A stretch of 64,000 bases of DNA, from positions 434,001 through 498,000 of the forward strand of contig JAHLTZ010000007.1 of NCBI GenBank assembly GCA_025786725.1, read 5' to 3'. Each line of letters opens with the position of its first letter. Positions within the stretch are counted from its first letter, which is position 1. Position numbers and translations under genes: made by a program. Of this stretch, positions 1 to 13,800 are shown piece by piece. The notes under the pieces are model-generated. The model saw nothing but the letters and a program-made list of their open reading frames with translations, searched no databases and was not told the origin of the DNA. Source of the stretch: Syncephalis fuscata S228. Its lineage: Eukaryota > Fungi > Zoopagomycota.

Positions 1-867
1 GACTATACATTAACTATGTATTTACTGATTGTACCTATTATTTAATATTGATAGGTCGTAAGTGTTATTATATATTAACTGACTATATACTAATTATGCT
101 ATTTACTGATGGTATTGCTTATTTAATATTAATAGACCGTAAGTGGTATTGTATATTAACTTACTATATACTAACTATGCTATTTACTGATTGTGCCAAC
201 TATGTAATATTAATAGACCGTAAGTGATATTGTATATTAACTGCCTATACATTAATTATACTATTTAATGATGATGTTAATTATTTAATATTAATAGAAT
301 GTATGTTAAATTTTGGATTAATTGAATATGCACTAATCACATGCTATTTATTGTATGCATCAACAAATTAATATTAATAGGCTGTAAGTAGTATTATGTA
401 TTAACTAACTATGCACTAATTTTATACCATGTACTGTGTTCATCAACAACTTAATATAATAGACCGTAGGTTGTATTATGTGTTAATTAAATACTTACTA
501 ATTATATATTATGTATTGTATTCATTAACAACCTAATATCATAGTTCGTATGTTGTATTGCTTATTAAATGGCTACTCACTAATTATGTATCATATATTG
601 TATCCATCAACAACTTAATACTAATAGAATGTAAGTCATATCGTATATTAATTGGTCATTGGCTAATTATATACCATGTATTGTAATATCAATAACTTAA
701 TATTAGCCAAATGTAATTTGTGTTGTATATCAATTAAGCATTAGCTAATTATATATCACGTATTGCGTGTATTAATGACTTAATATTAATAGGCTGTAAG
801 TAGTATTGTATGTTAACTGACTATACATTAATTATATAACATATAATATATTTATTTGTAAATACAG
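1..867. repeat. Degenerate ~81-bp tandem repeat (unit = ~78-nt intron + 3-nt exon), truncated by window start
   Basis: Recurring taatattaatag-NNN-gtaagt...tattgtatattaac at about 81-83 nt spacing. Confidence 0.95.
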
Positions 868-869
868 GA
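1..869 (+). CDS. Micro-exon gene copy 1 (5' part outside window): C-terminus of a Cys-rich peptide, ...xHHQCYLQSKC*
   Basis: Ten AG|exon|GT units: gtc 55-57, acc 136-138, acc 217-219, aat 298-300, gct 381-383, acc 463-465, ttc 545-547, aat 628-630, ccaaat 707-712, gct 793-795, then last acceptor tacag|ga at 868. Read in phase 1 this gives nGT CAC CAC CAA TGC TAC CTT CAA TCC AAA TGC TGA. Layout matches the last 10 microexons of the complete copy at 50667-54282. Confidence 0.85.
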
Positions 870-1160
870 TAATCGATGGCTTCAAGACATCAGCATTGGT
901 AGTGCAATTGAACCACTATTCCAATACACTTTAGGTATATATTCGGTGAAAAGCAAGATCATTTGACAACTAAGCCGTCCAGTCTATTTATATATCAAGT
1001 TTTGGCCAATGCTCCGGTTTATCCAGTCTTTAACCAATGGAATCATTATTTTATCAACAAACTTGCATCTAGTTGTTTCTATTCAACTATGCAAGCTTAT
1101 AGTAATAAACCTATGGTTCCATCTTAACTATGTACAATCAAATTGCTATATCTATAATCA
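868..1160 (+). repeat. Last exon/3' UTR of micro-exon gene copy 1, duplicated at 54281-54573
   Basis: Ungapped manual alignment gives about 26 mismatches in 293 nt (~91% identity). Confidence 0.92.
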
Positions 1161-2265
1161 TTTTCTATTTGCATTTACTATTAAAAAGTTTAATTGGCAC
1201 ATGTCATACCACCGGCTCATTTTTCATTTATAAATAATACAGATTGTATATAACAAAGTTGGAAACGGCGTTTTGATACTATTTACTATGGCTTTGTATA
1301 CTGATATGAAACAATCACTACAGCAGTAAGTATAATAATATTTATTAAACAATGTACGTTCTAATTTCTATGCTGTTCAATATAGTGATATTCAGTTGGA
1401 ACAATTAACAAATTATACATTAAATAGGCTGAGCGTATGCAATAGTCAATAATAATGTCAGAGATAAACAGAAAGCGTCATGAGATAGAATAGAATGAAT
1501 GAATGAATAATAAAATAGCATGGTTGAGAGTGAACGGTGAATGTCATTGTGATAGATGGATAGCGTGAAGATAATTGGCACTCATCATTATGCCATAGTT
1601 TTTTCATGTTTTAATATGCTCACATTGGAGATTTTATTCAATATAAATTACGTGTTTATTTAATATATATTTGGTTCTATCTTTCTATTGATACTGAATA
1701 TGTAAATGTAGACTAAAAGTATAAGATATTATTACGCTTAAGACAAATCATAATAATGAAATTGTTTCATACGATTGATAATTATTAATTCATCTTATAA
1801 AAATATATCCCACTTGCCCCACCATACTATCTGATTTAAAAGCGGCAATGCTTAAGGAAACGCTGCAATGTAAGATTTTAATATAACAAAGTTAGCCGAT
1901 TTGTGCTACATGCGCACATTGATGTCATGAACCAAGCTTGGCTGTATTCAACGTGATCATGCTACACTTTGTTTGACACTATACCTCCTGTACTATTGCC
2001 AGCTGCCAAGAAACTGGGCGTTGAATGTTCAGTAGGTCTAATCTGATAGCGGAGGACGTAACTAATAGCGGGTGACTGATTATTCAGCATTTACAAAACG
2101 TGCCTTTGCGACTGTCCTGCCACTGCCAAGAATTGCTGGGTATTTTGGCCTACCAGTTATTCTGCACATGGTGGCACACACCAGCGGAGGATGACGCATT
2201 ATTAGCTGGTTTACTTCACAATTAGACAGAATAGGCGAGGTGTAGGAGGCGAGCATGCAGGCATT

Positions 2266-2284
2266 TGTGTGTGTGTGTGTGTGT
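2266..2284. repeat. (GT)n microsatellite
   Basis: tgtgtgtgtgtgtgtgtg seen directly. Confidence 0.9.
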
Positions 2285-3247
2285 GGATTGCTTGATTAAG
2301 ACCCCGCAACGCTTTCATGGTATTTTTTATTTCTATTTTCGATCTGCCTTGATCTATTCTTTCTCTTAACTCTTTACTTTTCTCTTCATCCACTAAGATC
2401 CGGCACCTCCATCGGTCTTACCTTCTGCTTTACAAAGTATTACTTCAACGCTACTTGCGTATTTACTGTTAGCTTCTGTCACTCTGACTCTACCTTAACT
2501 TTATACGTATATCATTTACTATCAAGCACTTGCTTCTACTCTATCACTTAGCATCGCCCCCTACTTCTAACTTCGCTTCATCGACGTTGTTTTTTTCACC
2601 GGCCACACGCACGTAATGGACAATTTACAGTCATCCGGCTTTTGCATAATATTATACGAAACGCATTGGATAGCAAACTGAATTAACCACACACAGCACA
2701 TCAGCTAAATTCGTCTTCATTAACTAGGTGGCGCCGTACTTTGTCGGCCGCAACATTACTGTCTTTTGTTATTGGACAGATTTGCGACTCTCGAAGACGG
2801 TACCTCATACTTGACTGCACTGTTGCTACCACATCTGGTCGTCTACTATTGTTGAGCTTCTTTTGAAGGCGCTGCTGACTTTTCTGCTACTACTATCGTG
2901 TGTTCGTTCTTCATTTTTTCTCTCTTGGACTGTTGTATGTTTTTTATCTTAACACTTTGATTAGTGGACTTTGCGTCACTTTTAATTTAAACACTTTATT
3001 ATTTGTTTCTGACATTTCAAGCCAAATCTACGGCCATTTGCACGTATTTTCTGACTTCAATTGATATCAGCCAACTTGAACTCTTCATTTGGTCTTCAAC
3101 TTATTGAAACGCGCGTATCATACGTATTTTCAATTCTTGTCAACGCTGCTAAACGCACATTTAAACCACAGCTTCTGCTTTGGATTCTTATTCAATTTCT
3201 CTACGAAAAGCTATTTTATTGTTGATAATACTATTTCCTCTTTCACA

Positions 3248-3883
3248 ATGGACTCCACATATTGGCCACCAACTCCGGCAAAGACCGACCGGGACATGTT
3301 TCCGGAAGACTTTGATATGGATGAACCACGTAAGTTAACATCCTATGCAGTGAATTACTGGGATGTTGTAAATGAGATCACTATGTGCCAGTGTTGGCTG
3401 GAATGTTGTATTTATTTGCTAGAACTTTTTGTTTGATTTGTTATTTTACAGTTTTCGATGGCATTGACGAATTATCCATGATTTCTACTGATGCCGGTAA
3501 GTAATGGTGCCATAAATATGCTCGGTTGTTGTGTATTTGTTTGTAATCAGATTGTTTATTAAATACTTTATTATTATTATTATTATTATTACTATTATTT
3601 AGCTCTACCTATGTTTCCTATGCTTGGTGATAATATGGACATGATGAATGTAAACACTGCTATTCGTGCTGAGTCAAATGCCCAAACACTACCTTTAGAG
3701 GATATTGGTGTTCCTGATATTTGTACCAATGCACGTCTACCTCGACATAATAATGGTGCTGAGTCTGCTACCGCAACCTGGACTCGTGGTGTGGCCGCAA
3801 CTCATTCACGTTCTGTACCGTCAACGGGAGCTGCTGATACTGGTCTTGCTACTCCACCTACTATTTGCAATCCTGGTAGATAA
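3248..3883 (+). CDS. Hypothetical ~135-aa protein, 3 exons (3248-3329, 3452-3496, 3603-3883)
   Basis: Two gtaagt...ag introns join MDSTYWPPTPAK..., LFDGIDELSMISTDA and the 3611-3883 ORF in one frame. No recognised domain. Confidence 0.6.
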
Positions 3884-4605
3884 ACCACCAATTCTTACTG
3901 GTTAACTCATCTACAAACTACGAGTACACCTTATATCTGGGCATTTTATACCTAAGAAGCATATGTTTAATTAGCATCGATATACGATAATCCTGGAGCC
4001 ATTTTTATATTTTATTTCAATTTAGCCGACGCGTCAAAGCCTTTTTACATGAATGATAAACTGTATCGACAGATAAGATGACACAATTAATATCGTGTTG
4101 CATATAAACTATTAAAAGTTTATAAAGTTTCATTTGGCTGTCATCGACGACGTTTTTCTTTTTCCATAGGGTTTTGGTTTTTGCGTTTTTATTTCTGTCA
4201 TACATATTGATATCCATCTATGTATACGCACACGCATACTGTTGTTATCGGCATGAAAGTACACCATTGTTTTACTGTCATGACCGTGGCCTCATTTAGC
4301 ATTGCCTTGACAGCTATATAATTATCTTTTTTCTTTTGTTTCCGTACAATAATTTGCGTATATACTAATTATAGTCGAAAAAAGACAAATATAATAAATT
4401 TATTGCGCAAACTAACATATCTAATTAAGTAATTATTCATTGCCAAATTACTATAATGTATTATTCTGTTTATAGATAGCCTTAATAAATGATCTAATTA
4501 GCAAATATTCCTTTTTTGACTTAATAACGTGGTGAATAACTAAAAAGATTTTAACTGCATTAATGTATAACCATTTTAAAAGAGTATATACCAATTAGTC
4601 GACAG

Positions 4606-4763
4606 TGACGATGCACCGGAAACATCAACAGGCGCCCTAAAGTCTTAACCAAGGACACCAGTTCATTTTCGCTTTTTCGAACAAAAGTAAGGCCTTAAAG
4701 CGACGCAGTCGTTCGATCAGCAAGCTTTAACGTAGCCTTGAAGGATTCACAGTGTTACCGTCA
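4606..4763 (-). ncRNA. Candidate structured RNA of unknown family
   Basis: A closing stem plus three internal hairpins. Several pairs work only as G-U on the minus strand. No snRNA, tRNA or SRP signature recognised. Confidence 0.3.
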
Positions 4764-5879
4764 TTTATAAATAGAAATTTATTTCACGTGTACCGCGGGT
4801 TGTGTGCGGGGTGGTCTAGGTAAAACGGGCTGACCATCCTTTGGTACGATATCATGTGGTGATGCGAGGTTAATATTGAATAGCATGCGTGTATATATGT
4901 GCTTGTATAATTGATGTCATATCGGAATTATCTTGCCGCTAGTGTAGCCATTGCCGGCTAAGAGGCAATAAATATATACAACCTATAAGATTAGTTAACG
5001 CTTTAATGCACTTGCACGCTTTATTCGTCGGTGTATTACCATCGTTAGGCGGTTAGTCTATTTTCATGCTATGAATTTAATTCCAAAACTAAAGCAAAGT
5101 TTCCTATTTGTTTTTTGTAAGTATAACTACAGTCCTTAACATTTACGGTATATAGTCTTATTACTAAACTGTTAATCAAGTTCTGTACGTTATGCATAGT
5201 AAAACGTGGCTGCTGTTTGGAATTGTCATGGTTTTCTGCATAATATTCATACAGCATATTTGGTATTACAGTTCATCTGCAACTAGCAACTGACAAATAC
5301 TCATCTGCTCCAACACAAGACAAAAACAAGTATGACCTTTCAATATTGCCATTTTAATTGTTATTTGCGACATGGTGTTCTTTTGATCTATTCCATTTTG
5401 GAATTAAACAGATAGATCATAGTAAAAAAGTAGTACACGAATCACCTGATTTGCTCGCCTTTTGCTACCTAGTTTCCCCAACATATACTACTGTGTAACA
5501 ATCCACCATTGTGATGAAATTAATTGCATGGCAATATTGCGGAGTAGCATGAAGATGCATGACAATGACTCGGCGTCGAGTCATTTCGGCCTTCGAAGAC
5601 AATAAAAGGCGCGATGCAAACATGCCATTTCAGAGTTCAACAATCAAATCCGCCCGCGTTTTACGACTCTTTGTATCGATTAGTCCCACAACAAACATCC
5701 TAACCAGAACAATACTCTGTGGATATCTTTTTTTTGTCCGCTTGACTAGTTGGCATATTTAACGAACCTATTCTTCCTCTGCCCAAGCTAGTGAGCAACT
5801 TATTAAGTCTGGCTTGTATACTGATTTAAGCTCCATCACACGAGTTTACCAATTTACGCCTTACCATCCTCTTAACAAT

Positions 5880-7478
5880 ATGCACTTTTTGCCCATTACG
5901 CTTCTTGCCCTGACTGGTACTATTCATCAAGCGGCTGCCGCCACCGCCTCATTCAATGTAACCAGCTTTGATCAGTGTCCAAAACTTGCGCCACGAGCCA
6001 AGGCGCCGACAAACGTGCGTGATTTACGACATGACGATATTAAAGTAGTAATGGCTCTTGGAGATAGGCAAGTAATTGTTGCTACTTTACACGTTGACTT
6101 ATAATTATTGTTTAGTATTACCGCTGGATTTTCTGCTAAACCGAAACCATTCCTTGACATTAAGCGAATTTTTGAGTTCCGTGGCGTCAGCTATGCTGCA
6201 GGCGGTGTAAGCTGATCAGTATCAAGCATTGGTACATAATTATTTACGCAACTTTTTAGGATCCTGGTGCCATAACTCTGCCAAATGGGTTCCGTAATTA
6301 TCAGCCGAAACTGGCTGGTGCATCAGTTGGCGAACATCTTGTTGAATTCTGTTTTGGTGAGTATTAAAACCACCATCATTAATAGTAATTTAACATTGAT
6401 TTATTCCTAGGTCCATTATGTCCACCATTCCAGTATCGACCACAATTGGATCGCTTCAATGCGGCTCAATCTGGTGGTATGGCTCAAAATCTAAAGAAAG
6501 AAGCATATTATTTATTGGATCAGCTCCATGCCGATCCGAATGTCGACATAAAAAATGATTGGAAGGTAATTCTAATTGTTTGCGTTTATCTTTTGTTATT
6601 TACTAATAATTTTGCCACAGTTCCTCAATATACAAATAGGCTCCAATGATCTTTGCTTGGCATGCACTCCATTTGCTGGAGATCGCAACATGCTTAGTCC
6701 AGATGCATATGAAGCAAATATTCGTGAAGCATTGCAAATTATTCGCACCAATGTACCACGTGTATTCGTCAATCTTTGTAAGTATAATTATTTTAAGTAA
6801 TTTAGTTATAATACACATGTTTATTAACGCTGTATTTAATTTATAAATAGTGGGCAACTTCCGAGTGAGCGACATCTATGCTCATGGTCAAAACCTTCCA
6901 AGATGGTAAATTGGACATAAAAACACAATACAATAGCTAACGTTTCTTCGTATATTTGCCCTAAATTTACAGCAAAGTAATCCAATCACTTCCAGGGTTC
7001 AATTGGAATGTGCCTGTGCTTTGGCACCTGGTCCATTGGGCGACAAGATGCGCAATGACATGGACAACATGATGACTCAATACAATGAACGTCTCAAGCG
7101 TATCCACGACGACTATGAGCGCATTAATGATCCTCAGTTTGGAATTAGTTTGCAATTGTTTGACACAAAATTAACTACTTTTCCTGACGACACATTCTCT
7201 AACTTTGATTGCTTCCATCCAACGTAAGTTGTGCAAAATCCCGGTATTCAGTTTGACTAACATTAGCACACTGGCAGTGAAAAAACGCATGCTTATTTGG
7301 CCAAATTTGCCTGGTAAGTTACAAATATGACCACACTATTTGCAAGTAGACTAATAGTGTTATTATAAACAGGAATGGACTTGCATTAAGCCTTGCCGAT
7401 CGACCAAGCATGGCTTCTTACATACCCGATCTAAAGATTAATTGTCCCACAAGCAATGACCGTCTTCGCACCAAATAA
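5880..7478 (+). CDS. Secreted GDSL/SGNH lipase, phospholipase B1-like, multi-exon
   Basis: Signal peptide MHFLPITLLALTG; DIKVVMALGDS(ITAG) block I; FNAAQSG; DIKNDWK; IQIGSNDLC; catalytic FDCFHP; ends ...CPTSNDRLRTK*. Confidence 0.87.
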
Positions 7479-7992
7479 GCTGCCAAGTATATATCTTGTT
7501 AATGAAATTTACGATTGTTAATAATGATGATGATTATTAAATAAATAACTCTATATTATACCATTATATCATACTTGATTTTGATCGGCGTAAACTGGAC
7601 TAAAAGTTTGGCAGGTCACAGTGGCTTAAATGCATACGTCATTTTTATATTTAAAGCATATGAGTGGTAGTGTTTAATTTAGACAATCGTCTATTTTTCA
7701 ATAAAGCATTGGTTTCTACGCCAGTATAAATTTACTATTATTTAACTAAATTTTATCATACTACGATACAAAACAAACGAATTAGCTTAACAAACTAACT
7801 TACTACTTAATTATTGCTGAACTTTAATTGCTTTAACGTTATATTTAAAAGCTATTTAAATCAATTACTTTTTTATTACATCTTAAAAACTACTGGCTGA
7901 TTTGACAGCTGAAATGACGCTATCATTTCATATGTGATTTGGTAATTCTGTTAGGTAGACGACAAGCACCAGTCAGTATTTTAATAGCTTTA

Positions 7993-8241
7993 TTATGCTT
8001 TTTTAAAGTCATCTTGATGAAAGGTAACGTCCATAAATGAGATACCCTTCCGCTTCAAGTCCCATGTTTCCTCCTCCGTAAGCCAGGCCCGCTTGTTCTC
8101 GCTCTGCTCAATCAAGTGCATCTCGACATTTTGTGGAGTCACGGGAAAGCCAGCGTCAGATATCGAGGCCACGACAAACGGGGCATTAGAGAACTGAGCT
8201 AGAGCTGCTGCGTTTGCTGCTTGGTTGTTTTGAGAGTCCAT
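7993..8241 (-). CDS. Small hypothetical protein (82 aa)
   Basis: Single ATG-started ORF, GC-richer than its flanks, with a protein-like composition and TATAAA about 90 nt upstream on the minus strand. Confidence 0.55.
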   Translation of the reverse strand: MDSQNNQAANAAALAQFSNAPFVVASISDAGFPVTPQNVEMHLIEQSENKRAWLTEEETWDLKRKGISFMDVTFHQDDFKKA

Positions 8242-8858
8242 GATAAAAAAGACGACAAAATCACTTGGTTATCAAGGGTAAAACGAATGAGTTGCTTTGT
8301 GTTGAAACTGGTTATTCAGTGTCTTGCATTTATAGCTGCAAAGGCAAGCTGTACAGTATTTTAATCACATGATTTACAGTAGTAGTAAAGATGAATTGTG
8401 CAATATCTTATCACGCGTTTTATAAAAATAGGCCGAAATAAATAGATTGTCATTGTTCTCAAGTCTTTGTCTTGTTAGCGCTATAAACTTGGAATAAACA
8501 AATCCTTGTATAACTTGACAAAGTTTTACATTTTAAACGGCCGTTCTATTGGCAAAAACATGTTCTTTGTTTTAATACGCGGCAATATTTATATTGTTAT
8601 TACCATTCAGGCGTGCTTATGCTTATTCCTTACACCTTTTCAATCAACATTTAGCATTTTATTGTGTGTGCAGAGATATTCAATAGCTTTGTTTAAGCTC
8701 CACTGCAATCATCGCATACTCGAAGCATTGTTATATATTCATCTAGCATTTGAGCATTAGCAATATTGTTAAAAGTAGCATTTATATTTTGCATATTGAA
8801 ACCAGCGTTTATAAGCTTTTCTAATCTTTGTCAGTTTAAATAATCGAGACCAGACTCG

Positions 8859-10479
8859 ATGAAACATAAATCATTTACTTTACTATTATTTTACCATTTG
8901 TTATGGCTAGTTCATGTTAAAATAGTGGTATCGCAAAATGACAAACATTTTGCAATGCGCCATGGACATACGGCAACAATCTTGGGCAATAAACTCTATT
9001 TAATAGGTGGCGCAGGAAACGCTTTTGATTCAAATAGCTATATAAAAGACGAACAAATGGTAACAGTGCTAGACTTGACAAAACCTTTCGACTTGGCGTC
9101 GCCAGCTTGGAAAAATCCCAGTAAAAAGGATAATCAGCCACCACCGCTTATCGGTCATGTTACTGTTGCAGATCCTAAAGGCCAATATTTACTCGTGGTC
9201 GGGGGATACACACCACATAAAAATGACACAAAAACTGCATGGCGCTATACACCTGCTAACAATGAGTGGAACGCATTGCCTTTGGAAAATGGTCCTGCTC
9301 AACGCAGTGTTTTTATGGCAGGAGCAGCCAATAATGAAACAATTTACATCAACGGCGGTGCTAGCATTGCAGCAGATGCTGCCCAAAATGAAACAACCAA
9401 AAAGAGCGAAGATGTAAAGATTACTCAAAAAAAGAAGCTTCAAATAGAGAGTTTAGATTCTTTGCAGCTAAACACAGAGCCTGGCTACATTTGGAATAAC
9501 AATGCGCTTCAATGGGGTAGAATGCCGTTAGATCGTGACAATTTTTATGGACATACACTAAGCTATGTCCTATCTAAACAGGTGTTTATAGCTATTGGTG
9601 GTAAAGGCGGCAATACAGCACAGTCAGAAGAAGTCTCTACTTTAAGTTCTGTGCGTATTTTTACACCTTCCAGCTCTACATGGAGTGTGCAGGAAACGAC
9701 TGGCGACATTCCCGCACCTCGCTTTGGACACTCAGCCGTAGTTTTCAGATGACAATATAATTATATACGGCGGGACAGACATAGGGCAAAATCCATACGG
9801 TGATGTTGCCGTCCTCAATACAAAATCATGGAAATGGACAAAGCCGGAGCTTGAATATGCACCTACAGGTCATGCATTTGGTCAAGCAGTTTTGGTTAAC
9901 AATGCTTACATGTTTGTTTTATTTGGTAAGCATCTCGGTAAAAAATAGCAAAATTAGTTTGCTGAATTTTTCTAGGCTACGTAAATGAGTTTAAATCGGA
10001 TGCAGATCTGCACATACTGAACATAAATACGTGGAAATTTGTTGGCAAATATCCAGGTATCCAATACTCTCAATTACACAGTGGCAACAACACGTCTGTA
10101 CTTATGGGTATTATAATTGGCTGTTCACTGGTGTCTGCAGCAATGTTTATTGCAGTCTTTTTTTTTGTAAGAAAAAAACTACGCCAGGCAAAAGATAAGC
10201 CATTAGAAAGTGTTTTGCCTTCATATAATCCACGTGCCGCTGATGACTCAAAGTAAGTACTATTTACATAAATACACGGCCACATTAAAATGGTCCAGTA
10301 GTATTTTTTACTCTTGCACTGATTTGAAAATTACTAACATTTTAACATCTAGTGATGCTCTTTCCATTGAAGGATCCAATAGCTGCGATGAACTGTCTGT
10401 CTTTGATAAAAGTGAGCTATATGACGCACAAACTGAGGAGTTTAAAAGTCAACTGCACATGACAAACTCAAATATTTAA
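8859..10479 (+). CDS. Kelch/galactose-oxidase beta-propeller protein with signal peptide and C-terminal TM helix; 1-nt frameshift near 9743
   Basis: Kelch repeats RHGHTATILGNKLYLIGG, GHVTV..LLVVGG, YGHTLS..IAIGG, PRFGHSAV..IIIYGG. TM segment VLMGIIIGCSLVSAAMFIAVFFFVRKK. Introns near 9926-9975 and 10253-10352. Confidence 0.8.
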
Positions 10480-10877
10480 ATACAAATTAGTTTTTAGCCT
10501 TTTTATTAGCAATTAAATTTTATAAATATATAACCAACAAATAAAATGATCCCAAAAAATGTGTACATTGCTAAAGCAGTATAATGATTATGTGCACAAA
10601 TTAAAGTGTAATTTGTTAATATTGCAAAAAACAATATTTATTTCATTAATAAAAGCAATTGTACGTATATAAACTAATATTGTAATACAAATCGAGCGAC
10701 TAAAATGATGTATTACACTAAGGTGTTTGTATATACATGGATTAGTAAAAAAAGAGTTTGTATATTTGTCTGGAATTGTTAATATATTAATGCAAATATT
10801 AACCTATAAACTTCCTCTGTTGCTATTGAGAAGAACCTAGCACAAGCAAAGTGCATTAATATTAGACAAAAACATTA

Positions 10878-13800
10878 TTAGATGTATGGACTTCCAATCG
10901 TTCCATATCCAGAATACATTTCGTATTCCCTCTTATCTTTCAAATTATCATTTGTGGCTTTCTTCTTTGAAACAGGCGAATTATTGGCTGATCTACTAAC
11001 GTGAGCAAAATCAGTGCTTTGTGATGCTTTTAAGCTTTGCTGAATCTGCCCAGACCTTGAAGATTTTATACCTTTAGCATCTTCCAAATTCGAAAACGAT
11101 GCTGACGATTTTATCATTGATTGCTTTTCATCTTGTTCGGTCCTGCTACGAGAGGAGGTTATTTTAGAAAATAGCGCAGCTTTCAAAATGCCCTTCCGAG
11201 ATTTATGCAACTCCGAAGTGTGTAGCGGTGACGTTGCTGGCGAAATGGTAGGAGTATTGCTTGCAGAATTGAATGATATTGGCGAGGATATAGGAGATGA
11301 GCTGGCCGAGCTGAAAGAAGAGGCATGTGACAAGCTTATTGGAGATGTGGCTCTTGTGGCATCGGATTTAATGGACAAATGAGTGCTTTGATTGTCACTT
11401 TGCTTTAAATTCAACTGAGTATCGTAATTTTCCGAACCACCAATGCCTTGTAATATCTGGTTTTTATCCGGTCCAAATCGCTCACGTAAAGGTGTTGGCG
11501 CCTGAATATCAACAGCAAACTGCAGAGATTGTAAGTTAGAATTGTATGGGATTGCGAAACTCATTTGCGGCTGTTTGATGCGAATTGCTGCTGGGGATGA
11601 TGATTTAGATCGTAAAGGTGATGGTGTCTTTGTAGACAGATGTTCCTCTGACTTGTTTCTTGATATGGAGGCGACGCTTAAATGCTGTTTAGGTGAATTT
11701 AGGCTAGAAGACATACTCTTGCCAGAATTAGTAGCTGGCTTTCTTTTATCATCCATATTTACAAGTTCTAGAACTCGTGGGCGACGTCCGTAGCGTGATG
11801 TAGGAATAAATGAACCTTGGATATGTGCAAGAAAAGCGCGTTCCAAGCTTTCCTTGGTTCCACGAGCTTGTGGATTTAGCACTGATTTATTTCCACCAGT
11901 TACAGCAAATCCTGATGTTTATCATAAATATATAGTAATCTATTGTATTTGGCCATTTTACTCACCTAATATACCACCAGCATATAGATGTGTTTCCTGT
12001 CGATAAGTATCGGGTAATATTGTATCAGAACTCCCCAGAGTAAATGGCTGTGCATTTTTTTCCATGCGACATATATTCCGGGCGACACAAAGACCGGCAC
12101 ACATTGCTGCAAATGCAGTCTTCTCCTTTACTAAATCGACTATATCTCCAGCGGCAAATATATTGTCTTTGTGCTGTATTTGCAAAGTAGGCTTAATCTA
12201 AATTATAAAATATTATATGGTTATAAACATAATGCTGATACAATTGTCTAGACTAAATTACCATGACATGTTGTCGGTCGTCTAGCCAGCTTTCAGGCAG
12301 ATAATTGCTGATTGAAGTGCCTCCAGTTGCTAAAATAGTATAATCTGCTTGAAAAACTTGTGTTTCATTTTTATTGATATATTTCCATTTTGTTCCGGCA
12401 TAGGATTGAGCCGCTCGTTCAGATGTATATCTACATTTAAAGCTTCCAAGCGTGCCTTCATGGCTGCACTAACGGTGGAACTCCAATGCGACAACACTCG
12501 TATACTGGATCCAACCAGCGTTATTTTTTTGTCAGGAAAATTAGAAGCAATTTCGCATGCTGTTTGACAGCCAACCGGTCCTATATATTAATAAATTTAT
12601 AAATTTAAAAAAATTAAATGTACAGCTTGTAATAAAAACAGCCACCTACCTGCTCCGATGATCAAAATGGAATTGGCTTTCTTTACTTGGTGTTTTTGTA
12701 TTTCAATAAATTTTGTACGATGACTGCGGGTTGGTTGCGTTGGCTTTAGTCCATTTTGGTACGACGAGCCAGTAGCAATTAACAGATAATGAAATGGGAT
12801 CTTTTAAAAAACTAGTAAGCAATGTAGTAAAACATTAATTAATACACTAACCTGCTTTCGCCCAGCGCAAACATAATTTGCATGAACACTGTTTACAGTA
12901 TCACGAATAACCACACCGTTGCGTACGTATGTACGATGGAGTAGTTGAATTCGCGATAGCTGTTCTAAATTTCGACTATATGGAATAACACCCGGTGTAT
13001 ATTCTATATACGTCTTGGGATCAATCAGCGTAACGTGGAATCGTGGCATTCGATCAAGAATTTCAGCACAGCTGAATCCGGCAAATCCTCCGCCAACAAT
13101 TACCACATGGCGCTGATTTGTAGATAATCTTCCTTGTATCTTTTGGCTAAAAATGGTTATTAAAATACTTGACGACATTTATACTTACTTAAGAATAGCA
13201 TGGTCCAACTCACGGAAAAAAGCATCTACGCGCTCTTGCTATAAATAGTAATTATGAGATAGTATTAGCAAAAAAAATCTAGTTGTATTTCGTAATTTAC
13301 TTACAAGAAGAAATTCTATTTCGAGCTCTGCTTCTATTAATATTTTATGCAAGCCTCTGCCATGTATCGTGACTACTTGTGCAGCATCAAATATACGACG
13401 TCTGCATTTACTGGTAATGTTTACTTCCATAGGGGCACCCGTGTGGATGTATTCATTCAGCAATCGCTCCAGCTCTTGTTGTAAATACTCTATGTTTATG
13501 GCTGGATTGTTGACTTGCATGCGCAATAGGCGGACATCACGTAGGAAAATCAAGTTTTCTTCGGCAAAATGTTCAGCTAAAAATATTTCAAATCCACGAT
13601 AAAGAGTTTTGTCCTTAAGGATATCGTCTAAAGTTGGTTGAAGAGGCTTTATAAGTGTTGGATGCTTGTTTATATTTGGTTGTAATCTAATAGGTAAGGA
13701 TGGCGATGGAGAATTGATAGTAATAGCCACAGGTTCTAATGTCAAAGTTTGACTTTGGTCTTGATTCTGCTGCTGATTTTGTAATAGATCATTGGCTGTT

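Noticed and set aside
1009-1233. 74-aa ORF in the duplicated 3' flank
   Set aside because: It lies downstream of the micro-exon gene stop. Differences from the copy at 54422 are mostly nonsynonymous and the ends are unrelated, so there is no sign of coding constraint.
4036-4050. gcctttttac resembling the U5 snRNA loop 1
   Set aside because: Extra T, with no closing stem or Sm site.
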